Positions 10,188 to 18,488 of a DNA stretch of 41,045 bases are shown here, piece by piece. This DNA comes from Chloroflexota bacterium (GTDB taxonomy: Bacteria; Chloroflexota; Anaerolineae; Promineifilales; Promineifilaceae): contig JAYRVN010000330.1 of the NCBI GenBank assembly GCA_041918535.1, positions 1 through 41,045 on the forward strand, written 5' to 3'. The stretch's first letter is position 1. Every line of letters begins with the position of its first letter. Under the pieces are notes generated by a model that was given only the letters and a program-made list of their open reading frames with translations, was not told the origin of the DNA and ran no database searches. The translations under genes were made by a program, and so were the position numbers.

Positions 10188-13100
10188 TTATGGCCTCACG
10201 GCAACCGGTACGTAGAGCATGTACACCGGCATGGGAATTGTCGTTTCCAGATAGATGCGATCCATATGGAACATGCCGCTTGTCTCATCGGGCAGTTTCA
10301 CGCCATATCCCCACACATCGGTCAGGGTCAAGCCATCATCCGGCGCGTCAGCCGGCTGGTCGTCGCTGCGCACCATGTCCGCAAACGGAATGGTTACTTG
10401 CTGCCAGCCGGTGAAGTTATCCACGAAAGAGGCCTCAAAGCGTTCGGAGGTGTTGTCGGCTTGGTAGACGCGCACATAATCAACCAGCATCTGCTGCGGG
10501 AAAGTCAGATTGGGGTCTATGCTACCGCCAAAGTTACCGCCAATCGCCAGATTGAGAATCATGTAGAAAGTGTGATTGTACACCCACTCATTAGGCGCTA
10601 CATCTGACGGGGTCGCGTTGTGGTAATTGATGCCGTCCACATACCAATGAATCTCATCCGGCCCCCACTCGATAGTGAAGACATGGTAAGTTTGCGAAAC
10701 GGGAACGCCAAGGTCATACGTACCACCAAAGGAATTCCCACCAGAGTAGCCAGGGCCATGCAGGGTGCCAAACACTTCCGTCGGGATACGGCTGACGTAT
10801 TCCATGATGTCGATTTCGCCGCTTTGCGGCCAGCCAACCTCGTCAATGTTGGCGCCCAACATCCAGAAAGCGGGCCACAAACCATCGCCGCCGGTGGGGA
10901 CTTGCACACGCGCTTCGATACGGCCGTATTTATATTCCATCCGATCGGCCGAAATCAGGCGCGCCGATGTATATTCACAAGGACCATACCAACAAGCCAG
11001 GTCCGTTGTAGACGTCACCACCTGTTGCAGCTTAATGGCCAGGCTGCCGCTGCCATCCAGAGCTGCGTTATCCGTGCTGTCGCTGTAATACTCCGATTCG
11101 CTGTTGCCCCAACCAGGGATGCCATTCAGTGTGCCATCGCCAATTTCGTGCCGCCAGATGTTAGGATTGGGAGGTGTACCCGCCGCGCCCGTGAATTCAT
11201 CCTGCCACACCAGCGTCCAATCGGACGGCGGCGTGGTGGCTGTGGTGTCAATCTGATTGTCCAGCAGTTGAATGGTCACCGTATCGCCGGCGCCACTGCC
11301 GTAATACCAGAAGCTCAAGCCTTCATAACCGCTCCAATCCTGGCCTTCTGCAAAGGTTTGTGTGAATTGAGCCGGGCCGCCGGTGGTGTCATAATCCACC
11401 GTAAGCACCTGCTCGTAATTGCCCTGACCAGGCAGCGCCAGCGCGGTGCCGGTCATCAGTTCGGTGATGGACAAATCAACCGCACCGGTAGTCATAAAGG
11501 AGTGATACCCCTCAAAGTCGTGCACCAGAGCCGGGTCGGCGATTTCGTTATCCACAATGTTGAGAATGGCACGGTACTGGAAGCCCAGCGCAACGTTGAC
11601 GGGGTCGGACAGCACCAGCATCAGGTTCTCATCGCCTTCGTGCTTGGCGTCATCCAGGGTCGGTACGGCGAAGGTTTGCGTCAATGCGCCAGCCGGGATG
11701 GTTAGCGTGCCGCTGACCGGGGTGTAATCCCGATGCGGTATGGCATACCCCTCGGCTGAGGCATAATGAACCATAACCGGGTCGGTAGCGGTCATATTGA
11801 GGGTGATGGTGAGAACGGCTGTTTCCCCTTCGGCCACAGCATAACGCGCCGCTGCAAACGCCACTTTGAGTTCTTGCTCGCCGCCGGCATTGCCATAGAT
11901 ACTGAAATCGTCCACGTAACGATTTTCCGTATTGCCGCCGGTGCCGACCGTGCCCAACGCCCAGCCATACACTTGTTCACCCGTCCAACCGTCGTTGGGA
12001 GCGCCATTGCCGATGTCCTTGCGGTGCAAATCGGTAAAGGGAATCTGGATGAACTGCCAACCAGCCATGTCATCAGTCCATTCATAGCTCCAACGCTCGG
12101 CGTCGTCGCTGGTGGAGCCGGGGTTTCGGTTTTCGGCAATATCCACAAACACCGTCGTGCCCGTGCCCGTGCCGTAATACCAGAAACAGACCCCCTCGTA
12201 ACTGCTCCAATCCTGGCTAACCCAGGTGTCAACAGCCCCGTTTTCAAAGGCGTGTGTGAAACCACCCCAGCCTACAACCATAGATTCCAGATTGATAACC
12301 TGGTTCGTATCTGGTTGGCCGGGAACGGCCGGAATGCCCGCCGACACGGTGCTGGTGGTGGTGATAGCCACGGTGGTGCCATTCCAGAAGTCGCCCCAAA
12401 CAACAAAGCCGATCGCCAGCCCATTGCCGTCTTGCCCGTGCGGCAGGCCGGCCTCAAAGTTATCTACCGTAGTCACGCGCACCAGCAGGCCGAAATCATC
12501 AACATAGCGATTCTCTGTATTGCCGCCGGTACCGACCGTGCCTAACGCCCAGCCATACACTTCTTCGCCTGCCCAACCGTCGTTAGGGGCGCCATTGCCA
12601 ATATCTTTGCGGTGCAAATCGGTAAAGGGAATCTGGATAAACTGCCAGCCGGCCGTGTTGTCTGTCCATTCATAACTCCAACGCTCGGCGTCATCGCTGA
12701 TGGAGCCGGGGTTGCGGTTTTCGGCAATATCCACAAACACCGTCGTGCCTGTGCCCGTGCCATAGTACCAGAAGGCAATGCCGGCGTAACTACTCCAATC
12801 CTGGCTAACCCAGGTGTCAACGGCCCCGTTTTCAAAGGCGTGGCTGAAACCGCCCCAGCCTACAACCCTGGATTCGAGATTGATCACCTGGTTGGTGTCT
12901 GGCTTGCCGGGAACAGCGGGCAAACCGGCGGAAATGGTGCTGGTGGTCGTGATAGCCACGGTGGTGCCATTCCAGAAGTCGCCCCAGACAACGAAGCCAA
13001 TGGCTAACCCATTGCCATCTTGTCCGTGCGGCAGGCCAGTTTCAAAATTGTCAATAACGACCATCTTGCTGGGATTGGGCGCGGGGGCTTCCTCATCATC

Positions 13101-14591
13101 CAAGATGGTCACCTCTGCAACATACGGATTGTGCAGGGCCGCGCCAACCGGATCAGAGAGTTGTACGGTGAAGGGCTCATTGCCTTCGTATAGGTTGTCA
13201 TCAAGCGTGGTCACTGCCAGCGTTTGCTGGGTTGTGTTCGGGGGGAAAACGAGTGTGCCGGATACGGCCGTGTAGTCTTCTCCATCCAGGGCCAGACCAT
13301 CGGCAGTGGCATACGTCACTGTGACGGGGTAGGTGGCCGTCATATTGAGTGTGGCGGTGAGAACGGCCGTTCCTCCTTCTGCCACGTTATAATCTGCTGC
13401 CGCAAAGGAAATGGCCAACGGGACCTGACCGTCGCCGAAAATGGCGACATTGTCTACGTCGGTCATGCGCTGTCCAAGGGGCAGGGCAAACGCATACGCC
13501 TGCATTTCCGTCAGTGTCAAGCCATCATTCGGCGCGCCGGGCGGTTGGTAGGCGTAGTCGCGGAAGAATTCGGCCCAGGGAATAGTGACGTGACGCCAGC
13601 CGCTGAAATCATCGGGGAATTCGTAAGCAAAGCGTTCGGCCGAATCGCCGGGAATCGCCGGGTTCATATTGTCACTGAGAATAACCCGATAAGTTGCGCC
13701 GCTATTGCTGCCATAAAACCAGAAGCTAAACCCGTCGTAAGCGCTCCAATCAGGCCCGCCTAGATTGCGACCAGTGCCGGCGCCCCAGCCGGCGCTGACG
13801 TAATCAATGGATAGGACCGTATTGACGGGGAGTCCAGGGATAGTATCAGTGGTGACCAACGTTGTGGCAATGGTTGTGCCGCTCCCATAATCACCGTACT
13901 GGAACCAATTGGCGGGAAATCCGCTCTCGAAATCATCCACGATGGCATACTGCACAAGCTGCACCTGATCCAGATAGGTGACGCGGGCGCCCAACGGCAG
14001 CGCTATGGCATACGCTTGTGTATCGGTCAGCGTTAATCCATCATTCGGCGCGCCCGGCGGCTGATAGGCATAATCACGGAAAAAAGCGTGCCAGGGGATG
14101 TTGATGGATTGCCAGCCGGTAAACGCGTCGTAAAATTCAAACGCAAAGCGTTCGGCCGAATCGCCAGGTACAGCCGGATTCGGGTTGTCGCTGAGAATAA
14201 CCCGATACATCGCGCCGCTATCACTCCCGTAAAACCAAAAACTCAGGCCGGCATACTGACTCCAATCTTCACCGCCCAAGTTACGACCGGTGCCTGCCCC
14301 CCAGCCGGCGCTAACGTAATCAATGGACATCACGGTATTCGTGATCAATCCAGGCACACTGTTTGTTACCACCAAAGTCGTTGCGATGGCTGTGCCACTG
14401 CCATAATCACCATATTGAAACCAGTTGGCGGGGAACCCACCCTCAAAATCGTCAATGATTGGCGTCTGCGTAACGGAACGGATAGCTTGATCCGTTTCCA
14501 CGCGCCCATACACCGGCGACAAGAATTGCAGGGCAAAAAAAAGAGCTAGTCCGGCCAAAGCGCTGACCGCGAAGATATACTTGAGCTTCAT
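10188..14591 (-). CDS. Secreted multidomain GH16 beta-1,3-glucanase: five CBM11/CIA30-like beta-sandwich modules, two Calx-beta domains, one GH16 catalytic domain
   Basis: 1467-aa ORF with GGGGAG upstream of the ATG. N-terminal signal/anchor (aa 1-29). Modules A1 (aa 45-215) and A2 (217-385). Calx-beta 1 (393-500, VAEGGTAVLTATLNMTA...DGEDY...FTVQLSDP). Modules B1 (511-703) and B2 (706-898). Calx-beta 2 (908-1015). A fifth module is split by the GH16 domain (aa ~1120-1378, GEIDIMEY). Confidence 0.85.
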   Translation of the reverse strand: MKLKYIFAVSALAGLALFFALQFLSPVYGRVETDQAIRSVTQTPIIDDFEGGFPANWFQYGDYGSGTAIATTLVVTNSVPGLITNTVMSIDYVSAGWGAGTGRNLGGEDWSQYAGLSFWFYGSDSGAMYRVILSDNPNPAVPGDSAERFAFEFYDAFTGWQSINIPWHAFFRDYAYQPPGAPNDGLTLTDTQAYAIALPLGARVTYLDQVQLVQYAIVDDFESGFPANWFQYGDYGSGTTIATTLVTTDTIPGLPVNTVLSIDYVSAGWGAGTGRNLGGPDWSAYDGFSFWFYGSNSGATYRVILSDNMNPAIPGDSAERFAYEFPDDFSGWRHVTIPWAEFFRDYAYQPPGAPNDGLTLTEMQAYAFALPLGQRMTDVDNVAIFGDGQVPLAISFAAADYNVAEGGTAVLTATLNMTATYPVTVTYATADGLALDGEDYTAVSGTLVFPPNTTQQTLAVTTLDDNLYEGNEPFTVQLSDPVGAALHNPYVAEVTILDDEEAPAPNPSKMVVIDNFETGLPHGQDGNGLAIGFVVWGDFWNGTTVAITTTSTISAGLPAVPGKPDTNQVINLESRVVGWGGFSHAFENGAVDTWVSQDWSSYAGIAFWYYGTGTGTTVFVDIAENRNPGSISDDAERWSYEWTDNTAGWQFIQIPFTDLHRKDIGNGAPNDGWAGEEVYGWALGTVGTGGNTENRYVDDFGLLVRVTTVDNFEAGLPHGQDGNGLAIGFVVWGDFWNGTTVAITTTSTVSAGIPAVPGQPDTNQVINLESMVVGWGGFTHAFENGAVDTWVSQDWSSYEGVCFWYYGTGTGTTVFVDIAENRNPGSTSDDAERWSYEWTDDMAGWQFIQIPFTDLHRKDIGNGAPNDGWTGEQVYGWALGTVGTGGNTENRYVDDFSIYGNAGGEQELKVAFAAARYAVAEGETAVLTITLNMTATDPVMVHYASAEGYAIPHRDYTPVSGTLTIPAGALTQTFAVPTLDDAKHEGDENLMLVLSDPVNVALGFQYRAILNIVDNEIADPALVHDFEGYHSFMTTGAVDLSITELMTGTALALPGQGNYEQVLTVDYDTTGGPAQFTQTFAEGQDWSGYEGLSFWYYGSGAGDTVTIQLLDNQIDTTATTPPSDWTLVWQDEFTGAAGTPPNPNIWRHEIGDGTLNGIPGWGNSESEYYSDSTDNAALDGSGSLAIKLQQVVTSTTDLACWYGPCEYTSARLISADRMEYKYGRIEARVQVPTGGDGLWPAFWMLGANIDEVGWPQSGEIDIMEYVSRIPTEVFGTLHGPGYSGGNSFGGTYDLGVPVSQTYHVFTIEWGPDEIHWYVDGINYHNATPSDVAPNEWVYNHTFYMILNLAIGGNFGGSIDPNLTFPQQMLVDYVRVYQADNTSERFEASFVDNFTGWQQVTIPFADMVRSDDQPADAPDDGLTLTDVWGYGVKLPDETSGMFHMDRIYLETTIPMPVYMLYVPVAVRP
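10458..11234 (-). other. GH16 catalytic domain nested inside a CBM-like module of the 1467-aa protein
   Basis: aa ~1120-1378: WQDEF..., WPAFWMLG, GEIDIMEY (first Glu codon 10815..10817), LVDYVRVYQ. It is flanked by the N-half (11256..11528) and C-half (10242..10454) of one beta-sandwich module. Confidence 0.7.
11898..13061 (-). repeat. In-frame tandem duplication of a ~585-bp (195-aa) module (B1/B2) inside the GH16 gene
   Basis: aa 511-703 and aa 706-898 differ at about 21 of 193 positions (~90% aa identity by manual alignment). The DNA is clearly alignable along the full length. Confidence 0.9.
13437..14459 (-). repeat. In-frame tandem duplication of a ~516-bp (172-aa) module (A1/A2) inside the GH16 gene
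   Basis: aa 45-215 and aa 217-385 share long identical runs (FPANWFQYGDYGSGT, SIDYVSAGWGAGTGRNLGG, YRVILSDN, PGDSAERFA, FFRDYAYQPPGAPNDGLTLT). Confidence 0.9.
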
Positions 14592-14658
14592 ATTATACGA
14601 CTCCCCTCTTGTAGAGACTTATTAGCCGAACACGCATGACGACCCCTCAAACTCTCCG

Positions 14659-15720
14659 TTACTTGTCAATGCCGGTGAAGACAATTCCCTGCATGAAAAT
14701 GCGCTGCGCCACGAAGAAAATGACCACAGGCAACACCAGGGTAATCAACGCTCCCGCCTGGATCAGGTTCGGCTGCCGCCCGTAGAGCGCATTGAACTTC
14801 TGCAACCCCACCGACAACGGCCACAACTCCGGTTTCGAGACCAGATAGATCAATGGGGTAAAAAAGTCGTTCCAGGCAAAGAAAAAGTGGAAGAGAGACA
14901 CAGCTGTCAACGCTGGTATGGATTGCGGCAATATTACTGAAAACAGTATCCGTAGCGGGCCCGCCCCATCTATCATCGCTGCCTCATCCAGGGCCCGCGG
15001 TATCTGCATAAAATACTGCCGCATCAGAAAGACATTGTAAGCATTGGCAAAAAAGTGGGGCACAATCAGCGGCAGAAAGGTGTTTGTCCACCCTATCCGC
15101 GAAAACAGAATGAATGTGGGAATCAATGTCGCCTGTACCGGCAAGATGATCGTCCCGATCAAAACCATGAACAACACATTCTTGCCCTTGAACTCGAACC
15201 GGGCAAAGCCATAGGCCACAAATACGGAGGAAATCACCGCCCCCAATGTCCCTAACCCGGCAATGATCAAAGTATTCCTAAATAGGCGCGGGAATTTCAA
15301 ATCGTCCCACGCCTGGCGGAAATTCTGCCACTGCGGATCAGACCCGTACACCGGTTCCAGTGTGCGCCAGTTCCCCTCCCACCGAATCTCTCCCGCCTCC
15401 GGATTTGCCGGATCAATGAATGAACTCTCGGTGCGCAGTCTGGTCAGCAGCGCCAGTTCACGCGTCCCTTCTGGCAGCGGCACTTGCATTATTTCCAGCT
15501 CTTTCCCCTCATAGGTGAAGGTTTTCTTGGAATTGGGCCAGAGTACCGGCGCCTGCGGGTCGCTCATCTGCTCATCGCTTTTGATGCCGGTGGTGAACAT
15601 GTACCCCAATGGCGCAAGAAAAGTGAACAAGAGGAAAACAGCGACGCTCGTCACCAAAATTTTGTTCAATAAGAGTTGCTGACTTTGCGATCCCCCTCGC
15701 CGGGCTACATTTTGTGTCAT
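14659..15720 (-). CDS. Carbohydrate ABC transporter permease (MalG/UgpE-like) with a large extracytoplasmic loop after TM1
   Basis: ORF 14659..15816. The likely start is ATG 15720 (MTQNVARRGG), 2 nt after the upstream gene's stop. EAA-loop motif LDEAAMIDGAGPLRILFSVILPQS. Multiple hydrophobic TM segments. Confidence 0.85.
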   Translation of the reverse strand: MTQNVARRGGSQSQQLLLNKILVTSVAVFLLFTFLAPLGYMFTTGIKSDEQMSDPQAPVLWPNSKKTFTYEGKELEIMQVPLPEGTRELALLTRLRTESSFIDPANPEAGEIRWEGNWRTLEPVYGSDPQWQNFRQAWDDLKFPRLFRNTLIIAGLGTLGAVISSVFVAYGFARFEFKGKNVLFMVLIGTIILPVQATLIPTFILFSRIGWTNTFLPLIVPHFFANAYNVFLMRQYFMQIPRALDEAAMIDGAGPLRILFSVILPQSIPALTAVSLFHFFFAWNDFFTPLIYLVSKPELWPLSVGLQKFNALYGRQPNLIQAGALITLVLPVVIFFVAQRIFMQGIVFTGIDK

Positions 15721-15722
15721 CG

Positions 15723-16703
15723 CTATTTCCTCCCGTCTCCTGCGTAATACACCCACCGCCCAGATGTGGCAAACAAAACTACGGTTAAGGCCATCACAAT
15801 GAGAAACAGCACCCAAGCTAAGGCAGAACCGTACCCCATCAGGTTGTATTCAAAGGAGTTCTTATAGAAGTTGAGGGCATAAAACAATGTGGCGTCTTGC
15901 GGTCCGCCCGTGCCATTCTTTAGCACGTAGGCCAGGTCGAAATACTTGAAGACGCCGATTAAGGCCAGCGTCAAATTATAAAAAATGACCGGCGAGATCA
16001 TGGGCAGGGTGATGCGCGAGAATTTTTGCCAGCCGTTGGCCCCATCTATCGTGGCGGCCTCATAGATTTCACTGGGCACGCCCTGCATCCCGGCCATCAA
16101 GGTCAACATCAAGTTGCCCGTCCCCCACAGTCCTATGAGTACCAGGAGTGGATAAATCCAAAGGGTGGAGTTGAGCCAGTCCGGCCCCTTTAGCCCCAAA
16201 GCGCCAAGGGCTAGATTCAACCACCCGGTTTGTGTATTCGCCACGCCCGCCCAAATCACGCCGCCGGCTACCACCGGAATCATGGAGGGCATGTAGAATA
16301 AGGTGCGGAAGACGGTCTTCCCGGCCAGATTCTCCGCGTTCACCAGTGAGGCCAGCAGCAACCCAAAGGCAAAGCTGATGGGGAGCGCCAGAACCGCATA
16401 GCGAACGGTTACGAGCAGGGATTCACCCACTTTGGCATCGCGGGTCATGTTCAGGAAGTTGCGCACCCCGATGAATTGCATGTTCTCCGGCTGCACCGGA
16501 TTGTAGTCGGTGAAGGCAAATATCAGGGTGGCGATGACTGGCAGCAGCGTGAAAAGCAAAAACCCGATTAGCCACGGGGCGATAAAGATATATCCCCACC
16601 GCTGCTGATCGAGGGGTCGGGAAGGCTTGGGCTGCTTTTTGGAGGTCGTCTGAGCGATGGTTGGCGCTGCCGTTTGGTTTGCCATGTTTCTCTCCTCTGA
16701 CAA
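15723..16703 (-). CDS. Carbohydrate ABC transporter permease (MalF/UgpA-like)
   Basis: 326-aa ORF with six hydrophobic segments. EAA-loop motif IYEAATIDGANGWQKFSRITLPMI. Confidence 0.88.
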   Translation of the reverse strand: MSEERNMANQTAAPTIAQTTSKKQPKPSRPLDQQRWGYIFIAPWLIGFLLFTLLPVIATLIFAFTDYNPVQPENMQFIGVRNFLNMTRDAKVGESLLVTVRYAVLALPISFAFGLLLASLVNAENLAGKTVFRTLFYMPSMIPVVAGGVIWAGVANTQTGWLNLALGALGLKGPDWLNSTLWIYPLLVLIGLWGTGNLMLTLMAGMQGVPSEIYEAATIDGANGWQKFSRITLPMISPVIFYNLTLALIGVFKYFDLAYVLKNGTGGPQDATLFYALNFYKNSFEYNLMGYGSALAWVLFLIVMALTVVLFATSGRWVYYAGDGRK

Positions 16704-16760
16704 CTAGGCGTAGGGTGGTGAAAGAAAGCGTTTCGGCCGATACGAGTGGAACCTCTCATT

Positions 16761-16822
16761 GATCCGCAGATTACCCAGAGCCTGTCCAAAAGACCTGCAT
16801 TAACCTGAGTAATCTGCGGATC
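16761..16822 (-). promoter_or_regulatory. Intercistronic long-stem hairpin between the binding-protein and permease genes
   Basis: Perfect 14-bp inverted repeat GATCCGCAGATTAC (16761..16774) / GTAATCTGCGGATC (16809..16822) with a 34-nt spacer, inside the 137-nt gap between the two genes. Confidence 0.45.
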
Positions 16823-16840
16823 CGAAAGTCTCTTAAGACC

Positions 16841-18286
16841 CTATTTCACTTCGTCAAAAACGGTTTGCAGGTCTTTGAGAAACGCGTCAATCTCCGCATT
16901 CAGGTCCAAATCGGGGGTGCTCTGAACTTTGGCGGCGAACGCGCTGTACACGTCGGTCGCTTTCAGGAAGTTGGGCATCCCAGATTCGTGGTTGGGAATG
17001 TCGGGGTAATTCAAGGCATTAACGAACACTTGCACATCGGCATTGGGGAAGTTTTCCTGGAACTTAGCCAGGGCATCTACTTGCAAGCTCGCCCGTCCGG
17101 GGAACGCCCCATATACCTGCAACAGGTCTGGCGCGAATTCGCCCAGCATCAGCATGTAGACCTCGAAAGCAGCGTCCGGGTTCTTGCTGGCTTTCAAAAT
17201 GCCGAACGTGTCGGCGTGCAGTTTCGCCGTGATATTGCCATCGTAGGAAGGTATGGCAGCCACGTCCCAGTTCACGCCCTCAAAGCAACAAGTGTACCAG
17301 GTGTGAATAGGGTTCATGGCAACCTTGCCGGAGCCAAAGGTGTTCCCCTGTGAGAGCAAGTCACTGTTCACGTAGTTGTCGTTGGGCCAAAAGTGGTCTT
17401 GCCACATGGCGTTGTAGACCCACGCCAACCCATCGCGCCACACCTGGGGCATCGTAGCGTTGCCCTCGGCATCCGCAAAGCTGCCCGCGCCAAAGAAGGT
17501 CAAATAGCCACGTATGTCGGTCCACATGGGATGGTAGCCAAACTGGGTGATATTGTCTGGGTCAAATCCGTCCATGGTAGCATCGTTGCCGTTGGCATCC
17601 ACGGTGAGGAATTTGGCCAATTCTTGCAGCTTGTCAAAAGTCCAGGCGTCGCCATCGGCGTAGGGCGCGCCCCACTCGTGCGGCGGGTAGGCCAAACCAG
17701 CTTCGTCAAACAAGTCTTTGTTGTACCAGAGGGCGGAAGGATAGACGGCAAAGGGAATGCCAACCTGTCCCTGACCTTCAAATTGATAGAAATCAATCAG
17801 GGCGGGATTGAAATCGCTCAGGTCTACGTTGTATTTCTCAATGTAGGGGGCCATATCCAGCCAGGCGCCTTCAAAACTGAACATACCGCGCACACCCACA
17901 GGCCCTACGATGTCGGGCGCATCGCCCGAAGCGATTTGGGTTTTGAGGACATCGAAGGCGGTTGCATTCTGGACGATATCCAAAACGAGTTTGTAACGAT
18001 CGCCGTATTTGGCGTTGAAGGCGGCAACGAAGGCCTCTTCTTTGGCGATTTCTTCGGGGTTACCGCCGGCGCCCAGGCCGACAAACCAACGAACTTCAAC
18101 CGGTCCGGCCGCAACGGGTTCGGCCACAGTGGGTTCCGCCGCAACGGGTTCCGCCACAGTGGGTTCCGCCGCAGCCGGTTCGGCCACAGTGGGTTCCGCG
18201 CTGCTATCGCTGCCACCGCAACCGACTATCAGTATGCCGGCTAGAGCCAGCAACACGATAAACAAAAAAATCCTTGACTGCTTCAT
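16841..18286 (-). CDS. ABC transporter extracellular sugar-binding lipoprotein (family 1 SBP)
   Basis: 481-aa ORF. Lipobox LIVGCGG, then a repetitive AEPTVAEPxA linker, then an SBP_bac_1-like body. First gene of the importer operon. Confidence 0.88.
   Translation of the reverse strand: MKQSRIFLFIVLLALAGILIVGCGGSDSSAEPTVAEPAAAEPTVAEPVAAEPTVAEPVAAGPVEVRWFVGLGAGGNPEEIAKEEAFVAAFNAKYGDRYKLVLDIVQNATAFDVLKTQIASGDAPDIVGPVGVRGMFSFEGAWLDMAPYIEKYNVDLSDFNPALIDFYQFEGQGQVGIPFAVYPSALWYNKDLFDEAGLAYPPHEWGAPYADGDAWTFDKLQELAKFLTVDANGNDATMDGFDPDNITQFGYHPMWTDIRGYLTFFGAGSFADAEGNATMPQVWRDGLAWVYNAMWQDHFWPNDNYVNSDLLSQGNTFGSGKVAMNPIHTWYTCCFEGVNWDVAAIPSYDGNITAKLHADTFGILKASKNPDAAFEVYMLMLGEFAPDLLQVYGAFPGRASLQVDALAKFQENFPNADVQVFVNALNYPDIPNHESGMPNFLKATDVYSAFAAKVQSTPDLDLNAEIDAFLKDLQTVFDEVK
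18107..18199 (-). repeat. About three tandem 30-nt coding repeats (AEPTVAEPxA linker of the binding protein)
   Basis: aa 30-60 read AEPTVAEPAA AEPTVAEPVA AEPTVAEPVA. The DNA shows repeated ggttc(g/c)gccacagtgggttccgccgca units, contiguous and in frame. Confidence 0.85.
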
Positions 18287-18336
18287 GTTTCATCTCCTCA
18301 TTCTCGTCTGAAATCCTTATCAAACTACCCCATAAT

Positions 18337-18351
18337 AGAAAACGCTGTCAT
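18337..18351. promoter_or_regulatory. LacI-family operator-like site 1
   Basis: AGAAAACGCTGTCAT; its reverse complement ATGACAGCGTTTTCT resembles the generic LacI/GalR operator TGnAAnCGnTTnCA. It lies in the divergent intergenic region between the importer operon and the LacI gene. Confidence 0.5.
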
Positions 18352-18377
18352 AAATTGCGGTCAAATCATGGACTTTT

Positions 18378-18392
18378 ATGATAGCGTTTTCA
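18378..18392. promoter_or_regulatory. LacI-family operator-like site 2
   Basis: ATGATAGCGTTTTCA matches the reverse complement of site 1 at 13 of 15 positions and lies 41 bp away. TATAAT at 18397..18402 follows directly. Confidence 0.5.
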
Positions 18393-18488
18393 AGAGTATA
18401 ATCCTTACATTCTGGTTTGTCAACAAGTATCTAGTGGATCAACCGAGAAGTGTCACGAGCTTTTGAATGCATGACAAAAAGGCAGATC

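Noticed and set aside
10620-13763. Plus-strand ORFs inside the large GH16 gene (10620..11705, 11766..12545, 12612..13007, 13224..13763 and others)
   Set aside because: They are antisense to a frame with unambiguous GH16, Calx-beta and repeated module sequence. They show no motifs or start signals.
18107-18199. Short 30-nt tandem repeats that could be mistaken for a mini CRISPR array or VNTR
   Set aside because: The repeats are contiguous, with no spacers. They are in frame and encode the AEPTVAEPxA linker that follows the lipobox of the binding protein.
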